Made by a program: the position numbers and the translations under genes. 64,000 nucleotides of DNA from an uncultured Pseudomonadota bacterium (GTDB lineage: Bacteria; Pseudomonadota; Gammaproteobacteria; Ga0077536), in the NCBI GenBank assembly GCA_903825645.1, contig CAIKBL010000026.1, positions 17,371-81,370 on the forward strand. The letters are read 5' to 3'. Within the stretch, counting starts at the first letter, position 1; each line of letters opens with the position of its first letter. The notes beneath the pieces were generated by a model. That model searched no databases, had not been told where the DNA came from, and worked only from the letters and a program-made list of their open reading frames with translations. Positions 20,819 to 30,378 of this stretch are shown one piece after another.

Positions 20819-23800
20819 CTAATCTAGTCCATCATCTTCGATAGTTACTGTCTCTACCGAATTGTTATTTCTGAGACGAACATCTCGTTTTGGCACGGGG
20901 ATTTCGATTCCATGTTCACGAAAGGCCGTTTCGATTCGAGCGGTGAGATCGTGGCGAACATCGATGCGATGAAGCAATTCTTCCACATACACCATCAAAT
21001 CAATTGTGAGTCCACTATCTCCGAACCCAGTCAAAACCGCTTGGGGTGGTGGATTACACATTATTTTCGGGTGAATATTCGCCAAATCGATGAGCAAACG
21101 CATCGCCAAGTCGATGTCAGATCCGTAGGCGATACTTACTTTCAAAACGACCCGAGTGACTTGATCTGACAGGGTCCAGTTAACGAATCGGTCAGTAATA
21201 AACGTTTTATTGGGCACGATGATCTCTTTATTATCAAAGTCCCGAATCGTCGTGGCACGTATACGGATCCTAGACACTTTGCCAGTCAAATCGGCAATCG
21301 TCACCACATCACCTACCCGGATCGGACGTTCGAAAAGAAGAATGATACCGGAAACAAAGTTAGCAAAAATTTCCTGCAACCCAAAACCCAAACCGACGCC
21401 TAAAGCTGCCACGAGCCACTGAACCTGCGACCAACGCATCCCCAGGGTTCGGAGCGCTAAACTGACCCCCACCGCGACAATCGCATACTGCAAAAGACTC
21501 GACATAGCATAGCGACTGCCATGCTTCATTTTGGTTCGCTGCAATAATCCAATCTCGATCACCCCGGGAATATTTTGAGAGGCGATGAAGGTGACCAAGG
21601 CAATAACCGCAGCGAGCACTAAGCTGGCGATCGTGACCGCTTGAGTACTAATCGTGCCATTGACATCTCTCGTGGTAATTTCCCACAAACTGATCTGATC
21701 AAAAACAGCGAGAGCAGGAAGAACTGTCTGCCAAATCCCAACCAGACCCAAGGCAAAGATCCATCCCACCAGATTACGACTGACGAGCTTCGCTTGAGTT
21801 TCGAATTTTTCGAGCTCCGCTCGTCTATCTGGGGCTTCTTGCGCTTCGGATGTACTGGCGCACATCTCCGCAAGAAAGCGTGCCCCAGAGATTTGCACCC
21901 ACCGAATGGCTAGATGATAGGCGAGCAATGAGCCCGCCAGTAGCAAGCAGCTCTGCAAGTAATAGCGAGACAACTCTATCGCTGTGTAGTGATATCCGAC
22001 AAAAGAAATACCTGCGAAGATTATCGGTGGGACGATTAAAACTGCTTGCCAAAGTGGTCGAGTCCCCTCATGCGATTGATTCATCGTGAAGGGAGAGACC
22101 GGACTCTTTCGGCGGGTTAGCCAATAGACGAAGGCGACTAGGCTCAACATCGCCACAAAAAAAAGCAAGCGCCCCACGCCATTCTGCGTAGAAATGGCGC
22201 CCGGCCACACGAAATTCAAGGCTAGGCTGTAAGTCGGCACGAAAACGCGTGTGAACATGCGCCAAGTCGCGCGACTCTCACGGCAAACCACGCGCGGCAC
22301 CCCGAAATATCGCGCCATCACGCCGCGTTCAGAGAGTGCTTCCTGCCACCAGAGCGCCACAACTAGGAGATAAGAGGCGCACAACAACGTCTGAGACAAC
22401 GACAAGGATGTCTCAGTCGCCTCGGGGTTGACCTTGAGCGCGAAGCTCAGTGCTAAACAGACCATCGGTCCGGGCAACATAATCACGCCCGTCAGCCACA
22501 GGCCGGATAAGATATCGCGCATCCGCATCGATGCTTGGCTGGTGAATGAGCCAGAAGCCGCTAGAAAGGCTCGGAACCGACGGCGAGCCCGATAAAGACC
22601 TAGAACAAGAAGACAAAGGCTGATGAGTGCCAAAGTCTTCGCCTGAACGGCGAAGACGAAATCGTCAACCACGCCGCGCCACAGATCCGGTCGGGAAAAC
22701 GACCGGAATAACCGCAAACAGTCTTTAGCGAGCTCGAACGACCACGGCGTCGCATTGGGGATCCACAGTAATCGCTGATCGAGGAGTGCCGTATACCCTG
22801 CTACCGTTTTTATCAATTGCTGCAGTTCACTCTCGGCGGCATCCAAAACTCGCAAATAAGCGGCGTAGTTGGTATCCAGGTTTTTGAGCAATCCCTCTTG
22901 GGCCTCCAACAGAGTCTGAACGCCTTTGAGTTGATCGGCCGAAGGAGGCGCTGCTGTCTCTGCACCGGTGTCGAACAGCGCTGCGGGGGTTTCTTCATCT
23001 TGCAGAACGCTTCTCAAGCGCTCTTCTAGCTCGATGCGACGAAGACTGATATTGGTCACCTCTGCGGCATTGGATTTTGACTGCTGCAAAAGCTGGCTAA
23101 TCCGTGGCAAGTGCCTACGTTGGTCGACTAAAATGCGGCCAAGCACTGAAGAGGCACCCGCGATCTGTAGGCGCTGCCGGGCGATTTCATAGTCCGCGTT
23201 CAGCTGTTGACGCGAATCGGCGTACTCGCCACGGTGACGTACCGCGTCCGATTGCGCGGTTACCAGTTTTTCTAACTCACGCCCTTCACGCTCGCTTTCC
23301 TTAACGATAGCCTGAGCGGCCGGCAACATCGACTCGGTCTGGGCGCCCGCTTTTTCCGCGGTAGCTTGGACATGGGAGGCGGAAACTTGGCGACGTTTAA
23401 TCAGAACTTCATCCAGTGCGGTCATCCGCGCGGACAGACGCTCTAGGTTGCGAAGCGAAAGCTCGCGCCTAAGCTGCACAATCTCGGTGCTATTTTCGTG
23501 CCCCAATTCCTCTAATTTGAGTGACTCTAGCTGCGCTTGTCTCGCTTCCATCTCCGCATCAAAGGCGGCGAGACGGGCACGTCCGATGGCGTTTATGGCG
23601 TCGGTTCCTATCTGGGAACGCGCCGAATCGATCGCGGCCAGACGCGCCGACACTGCCATTTTTTCCTTCGTTAATTCAGTAGGGCGCATGGTCAGGGTGC
23701 GTAGCTGAAGTTCGTGCGTCGCCAAATCCGCTTCCGCCGATGCACGTTCCGCCCGGGTCCGGGCAATCAGATTCTCAAGCGCGTCAGCCTGCAGCGTGCG

Positions 23801-24127
23801 CTCCCGCTGTGTTACCGGTAGGCTCGATTCACTCCGCTCTAGCTGAGTAAGTTCGTCCTGAAGCGCTCGCCGTATTTCGGGGTGATGAAGGCTCTGGTTG
23901 CGGAGTTTGTCGATTTTTGCACGATAATCTGCACGACCATCCAGTGAAGTTTTCGCTTGCTGGTAAAGCTCCTGCGCCTGAAGGCGCTGTGCGGGATCGG
24001 TCAGTTGAATCAGCGCCTCCGATTTTTGGATATCCAGCTGCTCGACTGTTAATGCGGCCGCGGGCGCCATGAAAAAAACCTGAAGTGCGGTTGTAAAAAA
24101 TGTTAGAAGGATTCTGCGCGTTTGCAT
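20819..24127 (-). CDS. MscK/MscM-like large mechanosensitive channel
   Basis: Signal peptide from MQTRR...AAA, long periplasmic coiled coil, multi-TM region, MscS core GLGFGLQEIFANFVSGIILLFERPIRVGD and IIVPNK. Start re-assigned from 24355. Confidence 0.88.
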   Translation of the reverse strand: MQTRRILLTFFTTALQVFFMAPAAALTVEQLDIQKSEALIQLTDPAQRLQAQELYQQAKTSLDGRADYRAKIDKLRNQSLHHPEIRRALQDELTQLERSESSLPVTQRERTLQADALENLIARTRAERASAEADLATHELQLRTLTMRPTELTKEKMAVSARLAAIDSARSQIGTDAINAIGRARLAAFDAEMEARQAQLESLKLEELGHENSTEIVQLRRELSLRNLERLSARMTALDEVLIKRRQVSASHVQATAEKAGAQTESMLPAAQAIVKESEREGRELEKLVTAQSDAVRHRGEYADSRQQLNADYEIARQRLQIAGASSVLGRILVDQRRHLPRISQLLQQSKSNAAEVTNISLRRIELEERLRSVLQDEETPAALFDTGAETAAPPSADQLKGVQTLLEAQEGLLKNLDTNYAAYLRVLDAAESELQQLIKTVAGYTALLDQRLLWIPNATPWSFELAKDCLRLFRSFSRPDLWRGVVDDFVFAVQAKTLALISLCLLVLGLYRARRRFRAFLAASGSFTSQASMRMRDILSGLWLTGVIMLPGPMVCLALSFALKVNPEATETSLSLSQTLLCASYLLVVALWWQEALSERGVMARYFGVPRVVCRESRATWRMFTRVFVPTYSLALNFVWPGAISTQNGVGRLLFFVAMLSLVAFVYWLTRRKSPVSPFTMNQSHEGTRPLWQAVLIVPPIIFAGISFVGYHYTAIELSRYYLQSCLLLAGSLLAYHLAIRWVQISGARFLAEMCASTSEAQEAPDRRAELEKFETQAKLVSRNLVGWIFALGLVGIWQTVLPALAVFDQISLWEITTRDVNGTISTQAVTIASLVLAAVIALVTFIASQNIPGVIEIGLLQRTKMKHGSRYAMSSLLQYAIVAVGVSLALRTLGMRWSQVQWLVAALGVGLGFGLQEIFANFVSGIILLFERPIRVGDVVTIADLTGKVSRIRIRATTIRDFDNKEIIVPNKTFITDRFVNWTLSDQVTRVVLKVSIAYGSDIDLAMRLLIDLANIHPKIMCNPPPQAVLTGFGDSGLTIDLMVYVEELLHRIDVRHDLTARIETAFREHGIEIPVPKRDVRLRNNNSVETVTIEDDGLD

Positions 24128-24191
24128 TTTTTGTGTCCGGGGAAGAGCCAAATCTATGACAAGGAGTCTAACAAACAAGCTGAAGAGAAGA

Positions 24192-24728
24192 ATGGTCCAG
24201 CCGCTGGGTGCGCGCCTTCCGAGGTTCTGTGTGCACGGGTTGATCGGGGCATTCTTATGGGTCCCAAAGTGTGCGCTCGCCGATGAGTTCGTCCGTTTCG
24301 TGCCCCCTACCTTCCTGGCGGGTCCCGTCATCTCCCGAGCGGCAGGCGGCAACACCTATAGCTTCCGGGGCAAACCACCGCATGCTCAGGCTTCTCTCAG
24401 CTTGACCCAGGTCGAAGTGCCATCGACCCTCACACGCAACGCTATAGAGGTCTGTGCGACCGCATTTTTAGAAGAAATACACCGACTATCGTTCGACTTA
24501 TTCAGTCAGAAAGTCGAGTACCCGCTTCAGGTCGGTCCGTATGCCCTGGCATCTTGGCGTTGGAATGGCACCTTACTGTCCCATGCAAAAACAGGGGTCG
24601 TGAGTTGCGGAATCATCCATGGTCGATTCCTTGCGGTCACCTTTGAAGATAATATAAGGGAGGCGCCACGAAGTTTTTTTTCTATACGAGAAACCCTGAA
24701 ATCGATGGCACTGGGCCGTCAGGAATAA
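24192..24728 (+). CDS. Hypothetical exported protein
   Basis: Probable start MVQPLG; signal-like segment ending ALA-DEF; no recognisable motif. Confidence 0.6.
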   Translation: MVQPLGARLPRFCVHGLIGAFLWVPKCALADEFVRFVPPTFLAGPVISRAAGGNTYSFRGKPPHAQASLSLTQVEVPSTLTRNAIEVCATAFLEEIHRLSFDLFSQKVEYPLQVGPYALASWRWNGTLLSHAKTGVVSCGIIHGRFLAVTFEDNIREAPRSFFSIRETLKSMALGRQE

Positions 24729-24914
24729 GTCTAGATATCGGGAAAGCCGCGCTAGGCGGGAGGTGTCGGCTTAGACCCGAAGAATTCGACCAAGCGCCGG
24801 CAACACCCGGTAGAGTTGCCTTTCCGACTTCTCTTCATCCAACCTTAACCGCCTTCCAAGTCGCCGCCGTGGCAGTGACAAACTGGCTTTATCCCGTGTA
24901 GCGCCCGTAAGACG

Positions 24915-25652
24915 TTAAGGAAGCGGCAATTCAAAACGCTGTCCTTGCCGCGCCACCCGGAGACCGGTCGCTTCGATTCGCAACGCAGCAGCAGCTGATT
25001 CGTAATGGTAAAGCACTGCGCGCTCTCGAACGTCACCACTATATTCGCGCTCGAAGTCTGCCAATCCGGTGTGAGCAGGTGAGCCAAACTCCGCACAGTC
25101 ATGAAAAACCAAGGCATTCCCGGTCGCAAATTCAGCAGTAAGCTCGGGGATCGGGCGAGTATCGCCCGAATAGAAGAACGCCCCTTTCAGAGCAATTCCG
25201 TAGCCCCCTCGATAACCACTGTGGCGCACCGGGAATACATTAAAAAGGCGCTTGCCCAGCCAAAAATAGTCCCCCGCGGGGATCAGCTGGAAAGCATCCC
25301 AAAAATTCGCCCCTCCTTCGCTGAGTATGTAGGGCGATCCCGCCAATTTTTCATGCAAAGCCGGTACTAGCGGCGCCGGCACGATGAGTTTAATGGGGGC
25401 GTGATCGGTGAAGTAAGAACGGTAAAAAAGCTGCTCAATACCGCCAACATGATCGAAGTGCAGGTGTGTCAAAAAAACAGCACGGGGTAGCTCCCCACCG
25501 TAATGGCCCGAAAAATCGTCCAAAGTATGCGGTCCGCAGTCAATCAGCAGGTCTGGCCGACCATTGATTTCGAGCGTGCCCGAAGCGCTACCGAGTTCAG
25601 TCGCCCTTGCATTGCCTACGCCCATAAACCGGAAAGCCAGCGCGTCACTCAT
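24915..25652 (-). CDS. Metallo-beta-lactamase fold hydrolase (RNase Z/phosphodiesterase-like)
   Basis: FMGVGNA, LIDCG, THLHFDHVGG (HxHxDH), YSGDT, FHDC, LYHY. Confidence 0.88.
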   Translation of the reverse strand: MSDALAFRFMGVGNARATELGSASGTLEINGRPDLLIDCGPHTLDDFSGHYGGELPRAVFLTHLHFDHVGGIEQLFYRSYFTDHAPIKLIVPAPLVPALHEKLAGSPYILSEGGANFWDAFQLIPAGDYFWLGKRLFNVFPVRHSGYRGGYGIALKGAFFYSGDTRPIPELTAEFATGNALVFHDCAEFGSPAHTGLADFEREYSGDVRERAVLYHYESAAAALRIEATGLRVARQGQRFELPLP

Positions 25653-26019
25653 GACGAGCCGTCTCTGTCTGCATAATGCTGCACTCCCTTGCTGACCAGA
25701 CCACAGGCCGATGCGAAGACGCGACGGCAATACCGTTGCCTAATCAAGTCAACTATAGCGCCTGAGGGCGCTGCTCTTTTTTGAGTTATCTGACAGGTCC
25801 GTTCGCTGTTGACGCCGTAGTAAAGACCGAATTACTGCGAGTAGACATTGCACTGCTCGCGCGTTCGAGAGCCTAACCTAGAAGCCCACGCGCCAAAGAT
25901 ACCTCGCCACAAATTTCGTCACACAGTGCCTTCGTCATGGCTAATAATCAATTTGCGCCAGGGGACCCCGAAAGATTTTCCACACCCCATATCGCAATTG
26001 TCCCCGGCCACTTCCGAAA

Positions 26020-26787
26020 TTACTCGAATCGATATTTAAGCAAATACCACAGCGCCTTTACGCCATCACGCCAGTTTATTTTTTTTCCTTCAAGATAAGT
26101 CCGTCCGTAATAAGAGATCCCCAGCTCATAGATCCGCCATCGCCGTGCACGTGCGATCTGCGCGCTAAATTGGATCTCGAAACCGAAATCATTAGCCGTG
26201 ATATCGAGTGAATCCAACACCGCCCGCGTAAACATCTTGTAGCAAACTTCGATATCCGAGAGTGTCTGGTCATACATTGCATTGAATAAGAAAGAAATCA
26301 ACCGATTGGCGAGATAATGATGGAAGTACAGCGCGCGATGTGGCCGACCATAGAATCTGGAGCCATACACCACATCGGCGACACGCCGACGAACAATCAG
26401 ATCAAGCATGGTTTCCCAATCGTTCGGGTCGTATTCAAGATCGGCGTCTTGGATGATGACGACGTCTCCGGTCACCGCCCGTAACCCTGTCTGTAGCGCC
26501 CCCCCTTTCCCGCGATTTTCCGGATGAAACAGGGCTCGGAACTCAACGGACGCGGCGCTCCCAGGAACCAGTTTGATATTACCTTCGCCATCGATCGCCA
26601 CCGCACAATCGGTTCCGGCCAGCTTATCGAGGTTTTTTTGCATCCATTCGCGTGTCCCGTCCCGTGAACAGTCATCAATCACGATGATTTCTTTCGGGAT
26701 CCCAGGTAATGCACTCACGACACGTTCGAGACACTCCGCAATCGTTGCCCTTTCATTGAACGCAGGAATAACAACCGAGAGTTTCAT
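26020..26787 (-). CDS. Glycosyltransferase family 2 (DPM/polyprenol-phosphate type)
   Basis: SVVIPAFNE, DDCSRDGT, NRGKGGA, IQDADLEYDP. Confidence 0.92.
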   Translation of the reverse strand: MKLSVVIPAFNERATIAECLERVVSALPGIPKEIIVIDDCSRDGTREWMQKNLDKLAGTDCAVAIDGEGNIKLVPGSAASVEFRALFHPENRGKGGALQTGLRAVTGDVVIIQDADLEYDPNDWETMLDLIVRRRVADVVYGSRFYGRPHRALYFHHYLANRLISFLFNAMYDQTLSDIEVCYKMFTRAVLDSLDITANDFGFEIQFSAQIARARRWRIYELGISYYGRTYLEGKKINWRDGVKALWYLLKYRFE

Positions 26788-27168
26788 AAATTAAGCATCG
26801 CCTCTGTTACTAAAAGGGCATGCGCCCCAAGGAAAAATAACACTGAATCTAACCTGCATGGCGTTGCATTTTCAATTCACCATTCGCTGTGACGCACAAA
26901 CCCAGACTTGCCAAAGCACCCAGACCCCAAAGTCAATGCGCCGGCTGCCCGGAGATCCATCAGATGTCTCCGTCGCCCTGCCAACCAAGGAACGACGTGG
27001 TTGCAAATATGTGCAGAACCGTTCGTGAGACCCGGTTTAGGGCCCTCGTCAGTAAGGACGCGTTTTTCAAGACTTCCCGTCCTACTTTGACACGAGGCAG
27101 CGTTACGCGTTAGACAGGACGTCTTAGCGCAAGCCAACCAACTTTTAGCCCTTCAGAGTCCTTCACCC

Positions 27169-27846
27169 ATGCTGAAAACCGATGCGCCGATCGTCCGCTG
27201 CGAGCGCCTGTGCCTACATTACCCCGGAAATTTGGCTCCCGTGCTCTCGAACCTAAATCTGGTAATTGAACCGGGAACATTCGTGGCCATTCTCGGCCGT
27301 AGCGGCTCCGGAAAATCCACGCTCCTACATTTGCTCGGGGCGATGGATAAGCCGTCGTCCGGGATCCTCGAAGTGGGTGGGGTCGACCTTACCCGCATTT
27401 CAGAGGCAGAACAAACCGCTTTTAGACGCCGCTCACTGGGCTTCATATTTCAAAGTTACAATCTGATGCCGATGCTCGATGTCCGACAAAATCTGGCGCT
27501 CCCCCTTGAATTGAATCGAATGGATAAAGGGCGTCATGTCGAAAGCAGACTGGAATCACTGGGGTTGACTCATTGTGGACACCGCTACCCCGACCAATTG
27601 TCAGGCGGCGAGCAGCAACGAGTCGCGATTGGTCGCGCACTCATTCATGGGCCAGCACTGGTCCTGGCAGACGAGCCAACTGGCAATCTCGATCTCGAAA
27701 CGAGTAGCACCGTTCTCGCGCTTTTCCGGGATTTGATTCGTGCCAATCGAAGCACGGTCGTCATGGCCACGCATAGCCTTGAGGCTGCAGGGTTTGCGGA
27801 CCGTGTTCTGAAACTTGTGGGCGGACAGTTAACGGCCGTTCACTGA
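27169..27846 (+). CDS. LolD/MacB-like ABC ATP-binding protein (AttE-like)
   Basis: Walker A GRSGSGKS, LSGGEQQRVA, LADEPTGNLD. Confidence 0.93.
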   Translation: MLKTDAPIVRCERLCLHYPGNLAPVLSNLNLVIEPGTFVAILGRSGSGKSTLLHLLGAMDKPSSGILEVGGVDLTRISEAEQTAFRRRSLGFIFQSYNLMPMLDVRQNLALPLELNRMDKGRHVESRLESLGLTHCGHRYPDQLSGGEQQRVAIGRALIHGPALVLADEPTGNLDLETSSTVLALFRDLIRANRSTVVMATHSLEAAGFADRVLKLVGGQLTAVH

Positions 27847-30374
27847 TGTCCCTCCTCGGGCTCATTCACCTCAATCACCTGCGCCGGCATCCCTGGCAGA
27901 CAGGACTTGCGGGCCTCGGCATTGCCATGGGCGTAGCGGTCGTCGTCGCGGTCCAAATCGCCCAGCATAGTGCCCAGACTGCGTTTTATAATGCTCAAAA
28001 GTCGCTGTCAGGCGAGGTGACACATCGGATAAAGGCGGCTCAGGGCACATTGCCCGAAAGTTTCTTTGCCACGCTGATGATTCGTAACTCGGACTTGAAG
28101 GCGACACCGATCATCGAAATCAGTGTCAAGGCAGTCGGGAACGATCAACGTTGGCTTCAACTCATTGGAATAGATCCCTTCAGCACGCTGCTGCCTATGC
28201 GCCGTATCGACGCCGGCAGCGACCGACTGTCGGCAATACTGGGAGTTTCGCGTGTCGCGCTCACCAGCGAAGCCGTCCTGTCGCGACTAGGCGCCACCAC
28301 AACTGGGGTGGTGGAATTTGACTACAAAAAAAGACATTTTAAATTGACGTTGAATCCATCGATCTCCGGGCAAACGCGCGCTCAGGGATTCCCCGATGAT
28401 CTCCTCGTCAGTGACATTGCAACCGTACAAGACGTCACGGGTCTATTGGGCGAAATTTCTTATATTGATCTCAGCGTCCCCTCTTCAATTGCCGGCAAGG
28501 CACTGCTCTCCAAGATTCGTGCAGAGCTTCCGGTAGGTGTCGAGCTGCGGGATATCAGACAAGAACGCGCCTTTCGGCAGGCCTTGAGTCGAGCGTTCGA
28601 CACGAATCTTACGGCATTGAGTCTGCTTGCCCTCATGGTGGGGATGTTCCTCGTGTATAACACAGAGAACTTCTTCATCGCGCAACGCAGACCCCTATTC
28701 GTGCGCTTACATACCCTCGGGGTCACTCGCCACGAATTGTTTCGAGGAATTTTGCTCGAGGCAGGTTGCTTGGGCGCGATATCGAGCGCCTTCGGCATTT
28801 TATCCGGCATGGGCCTCGCGAGTGCCTTATTAGCACTCATCGCCCGCACGGTGAATAATTTTTACTACCCACTACCTGAAGCCGCCACAAATTTTGACCC
28901 CGCCCTACTCCTTATCCTGTGGCTGGCCGGCACGCTAGCAACGCTGTTGGCAGCCCTCCCGGCGGCCCATGCGGCGACCGATGTCGTGTCGCAAGAAAAA
29001 CCGGCCTCATCAATGCCTTTAAAGCGCAGTGCCCTTCGTGCGGGATTGCAAAGTGGTAGCGCCGCAGCGGCGGCTGGCTCGTTGCTTTGGTGGCCATCTG
29101 ATTCGCTCTGGAAAGATTTCGTCGTGCTCTCGTTGGGTCTTGTCAGTGGCGCCTGCTGGCTCCCACTGGGGCTTGATCGGCTTGGCCGATGGTTAGTGAG
29201 CGACGTACTCCGACATGGCCCCCGGCCCGAAGCACTCGGGATCCAAAGCCTCATTTTCCGTACTTCGCGCGCCAGTGACGCGGTTGTTGCGCTCTGCCTT
29301 GCTGCGGCTGTCAGTCTCGGCATGATCCTGATGACCGAATGTTTTCGGAGTGCTGTCGATACATGGCTCGGGCGTCTTTTGGTGGCGGATGCCTATCTTT
29401 CCATTCCCGACGAAGTGCCCACCGAGGCAGGCGGCTCTCTACTCGCCGAGATACAAACTAACTTGCGAAAATTACCCGAAATTTCGGCGCTGAGCAGCGT
29501 AACCCACCGCCAAGTCCAAGCAAACGGCGAACCTACCGGGCTTTCCGCTTTTGACCTGCCGCCTAGGGCGAGGACGGGCTTCCGATTCCTCGCCGGAGAT
29601 CCGACGGAGATCTGGTCCCGTTGGGATAGCGAGTCCATAGTCATCGCGAGTGAACCTTATGCGCATCATCATCAATTAAAATTGGGCTCGTCGGTCATAC
29701 TCACCACGCCTGAAGGACAGATCACTTTCAAGTTGGCGGGCATCTATCAGGACTATGCCAGCGAGCAGGGGACACTGGCAATGAATGTTGCCACGTTTAG
29801 ACACTACTGGCAGACAGAGGGGATTAGCGGGCTTGGGGTTTATCTCGCACCGCAGACGGAGATAACAGATCTCAGACGAATTCTGAAGGCACAACCGCAC
29901 TCAGATATTCCACTGAGCATGCGCAGCCGCGCTGAAATCCAACAGTTTTCAATGCAAATTTTCGATCAAACGTTCGCGATCACTCGGATCCTTGGCGCTA
30001 TGGCGATGGGCGTATCATTAGCGGGGATCGTCGGCGCGCTTCTGGCTCAACAGCTCGAACGTGCGCGCGAATACAGCGTGCTTCGGGCTCTAGGAATCGA
30101 CCGCTGGCAGTTGTGCCGGATCGTACTGGTCCAGAGCATGCTGATCGGACTGGTTGCTGCATGCGGCGCAATTCCTATGGGGATCGGTTGCGCGACTTTT
30201 CTCATCCGCATCGTCAATCTCCACGCTTTTGGATGGACACTGCCGGTAGAAATTCGTTATGCCACGTTGCTGGAGATTTGGTGCGCGGTGCTGATAGCCG
30301 CCGGCATCGCCGCAGTCTACCCAGCCTGGCATGTCTTGAAGACGCCTCCAGCTCGCGCTTTGCGCTACGAGTAG
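27846..30374 (+). CDS. Double FtsX/MacB-domain ABC permease (AttF/G-like)
   Basis: 842 aa with two repeats of TM1-periplasmic domain-3TM; LGVTR/LRALG motifs; overlaps the ATPase stop. Confidence 0.88.
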   Translation: MSLLGLIHLNHLRRHPWQTGLAGLGIAMGVAVVVAVQIAQHSAQTAFYNAQKSLSGEVTHRIKAAQGTLPESFFATLMIRNSDLKATPIIEISVKAVGNDQRWLQLIGIDPFSTLLPMRRIDAGSDRLSAILGVSRVALTSEAVLSRLGATTTGVVEFDYKKRHFKLTLNPSISGQTRAQGFPDDLLVSDIATVQDVTGLLGEISYIDLSVPSSIAGKALLSKIRAELPVGVELRDIRQERAFRQALSRAFDTNLTALSLLALMVGMFLVYNTENFFIAQRRPLFVRLHTLGVTRHELFRGILLEAGCLGAISSAFGILSGMGLASALLALIARTVNNFYYPLPEAATNFDPALLLILWLAGTLATLLAALPAAHAATDVVSQEKPASSMPLKRSALRAGLQSGSAAAAAGSLLWWPSDSLWKDFVVLSLGLVSGACWLPLGLDRLGRWLVSDVLRHGPRPEALGIQSLIFRTSRASDAVVALCLAAAVSLGMILMTECFRSAVDTWLGRLLVADAYLSIPDEVPTEAGGSLLAEIQTNLRKLPEISALSSVTHRQVQANGEPTGLSAFDLPPRARTGFRFLAGDPTEIWSRWDSESIVIASEPYAHHHQLKLGSSVILTTPEGQITFKLAGIYQDYASEQGTLAMNVATFRHYWQTEGISGLGVYLAPQTEITDLRRILKAQPHSDIPLSMRSRAEIQQFSMQIFDQTFAITRILGAMAMGVSLAGIVGALLAQQLERAREYSVLRALGIDRWQLCRIVLVQSMLIGLVAACGAIPMGIGCATFLIRIVNLHAFGWTLPVEIRYATLLEIWCAVLIAAGIAAVYPAWHVLKTPPARALRYE

Positions 30375-30378
30375 CCCA

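Noticed and set aside
25757-25782. Intrinsic terminator
   Set aside because: The T tract is on the plus strand, where no upstream gene exists; flanking genes are on the minus strand.
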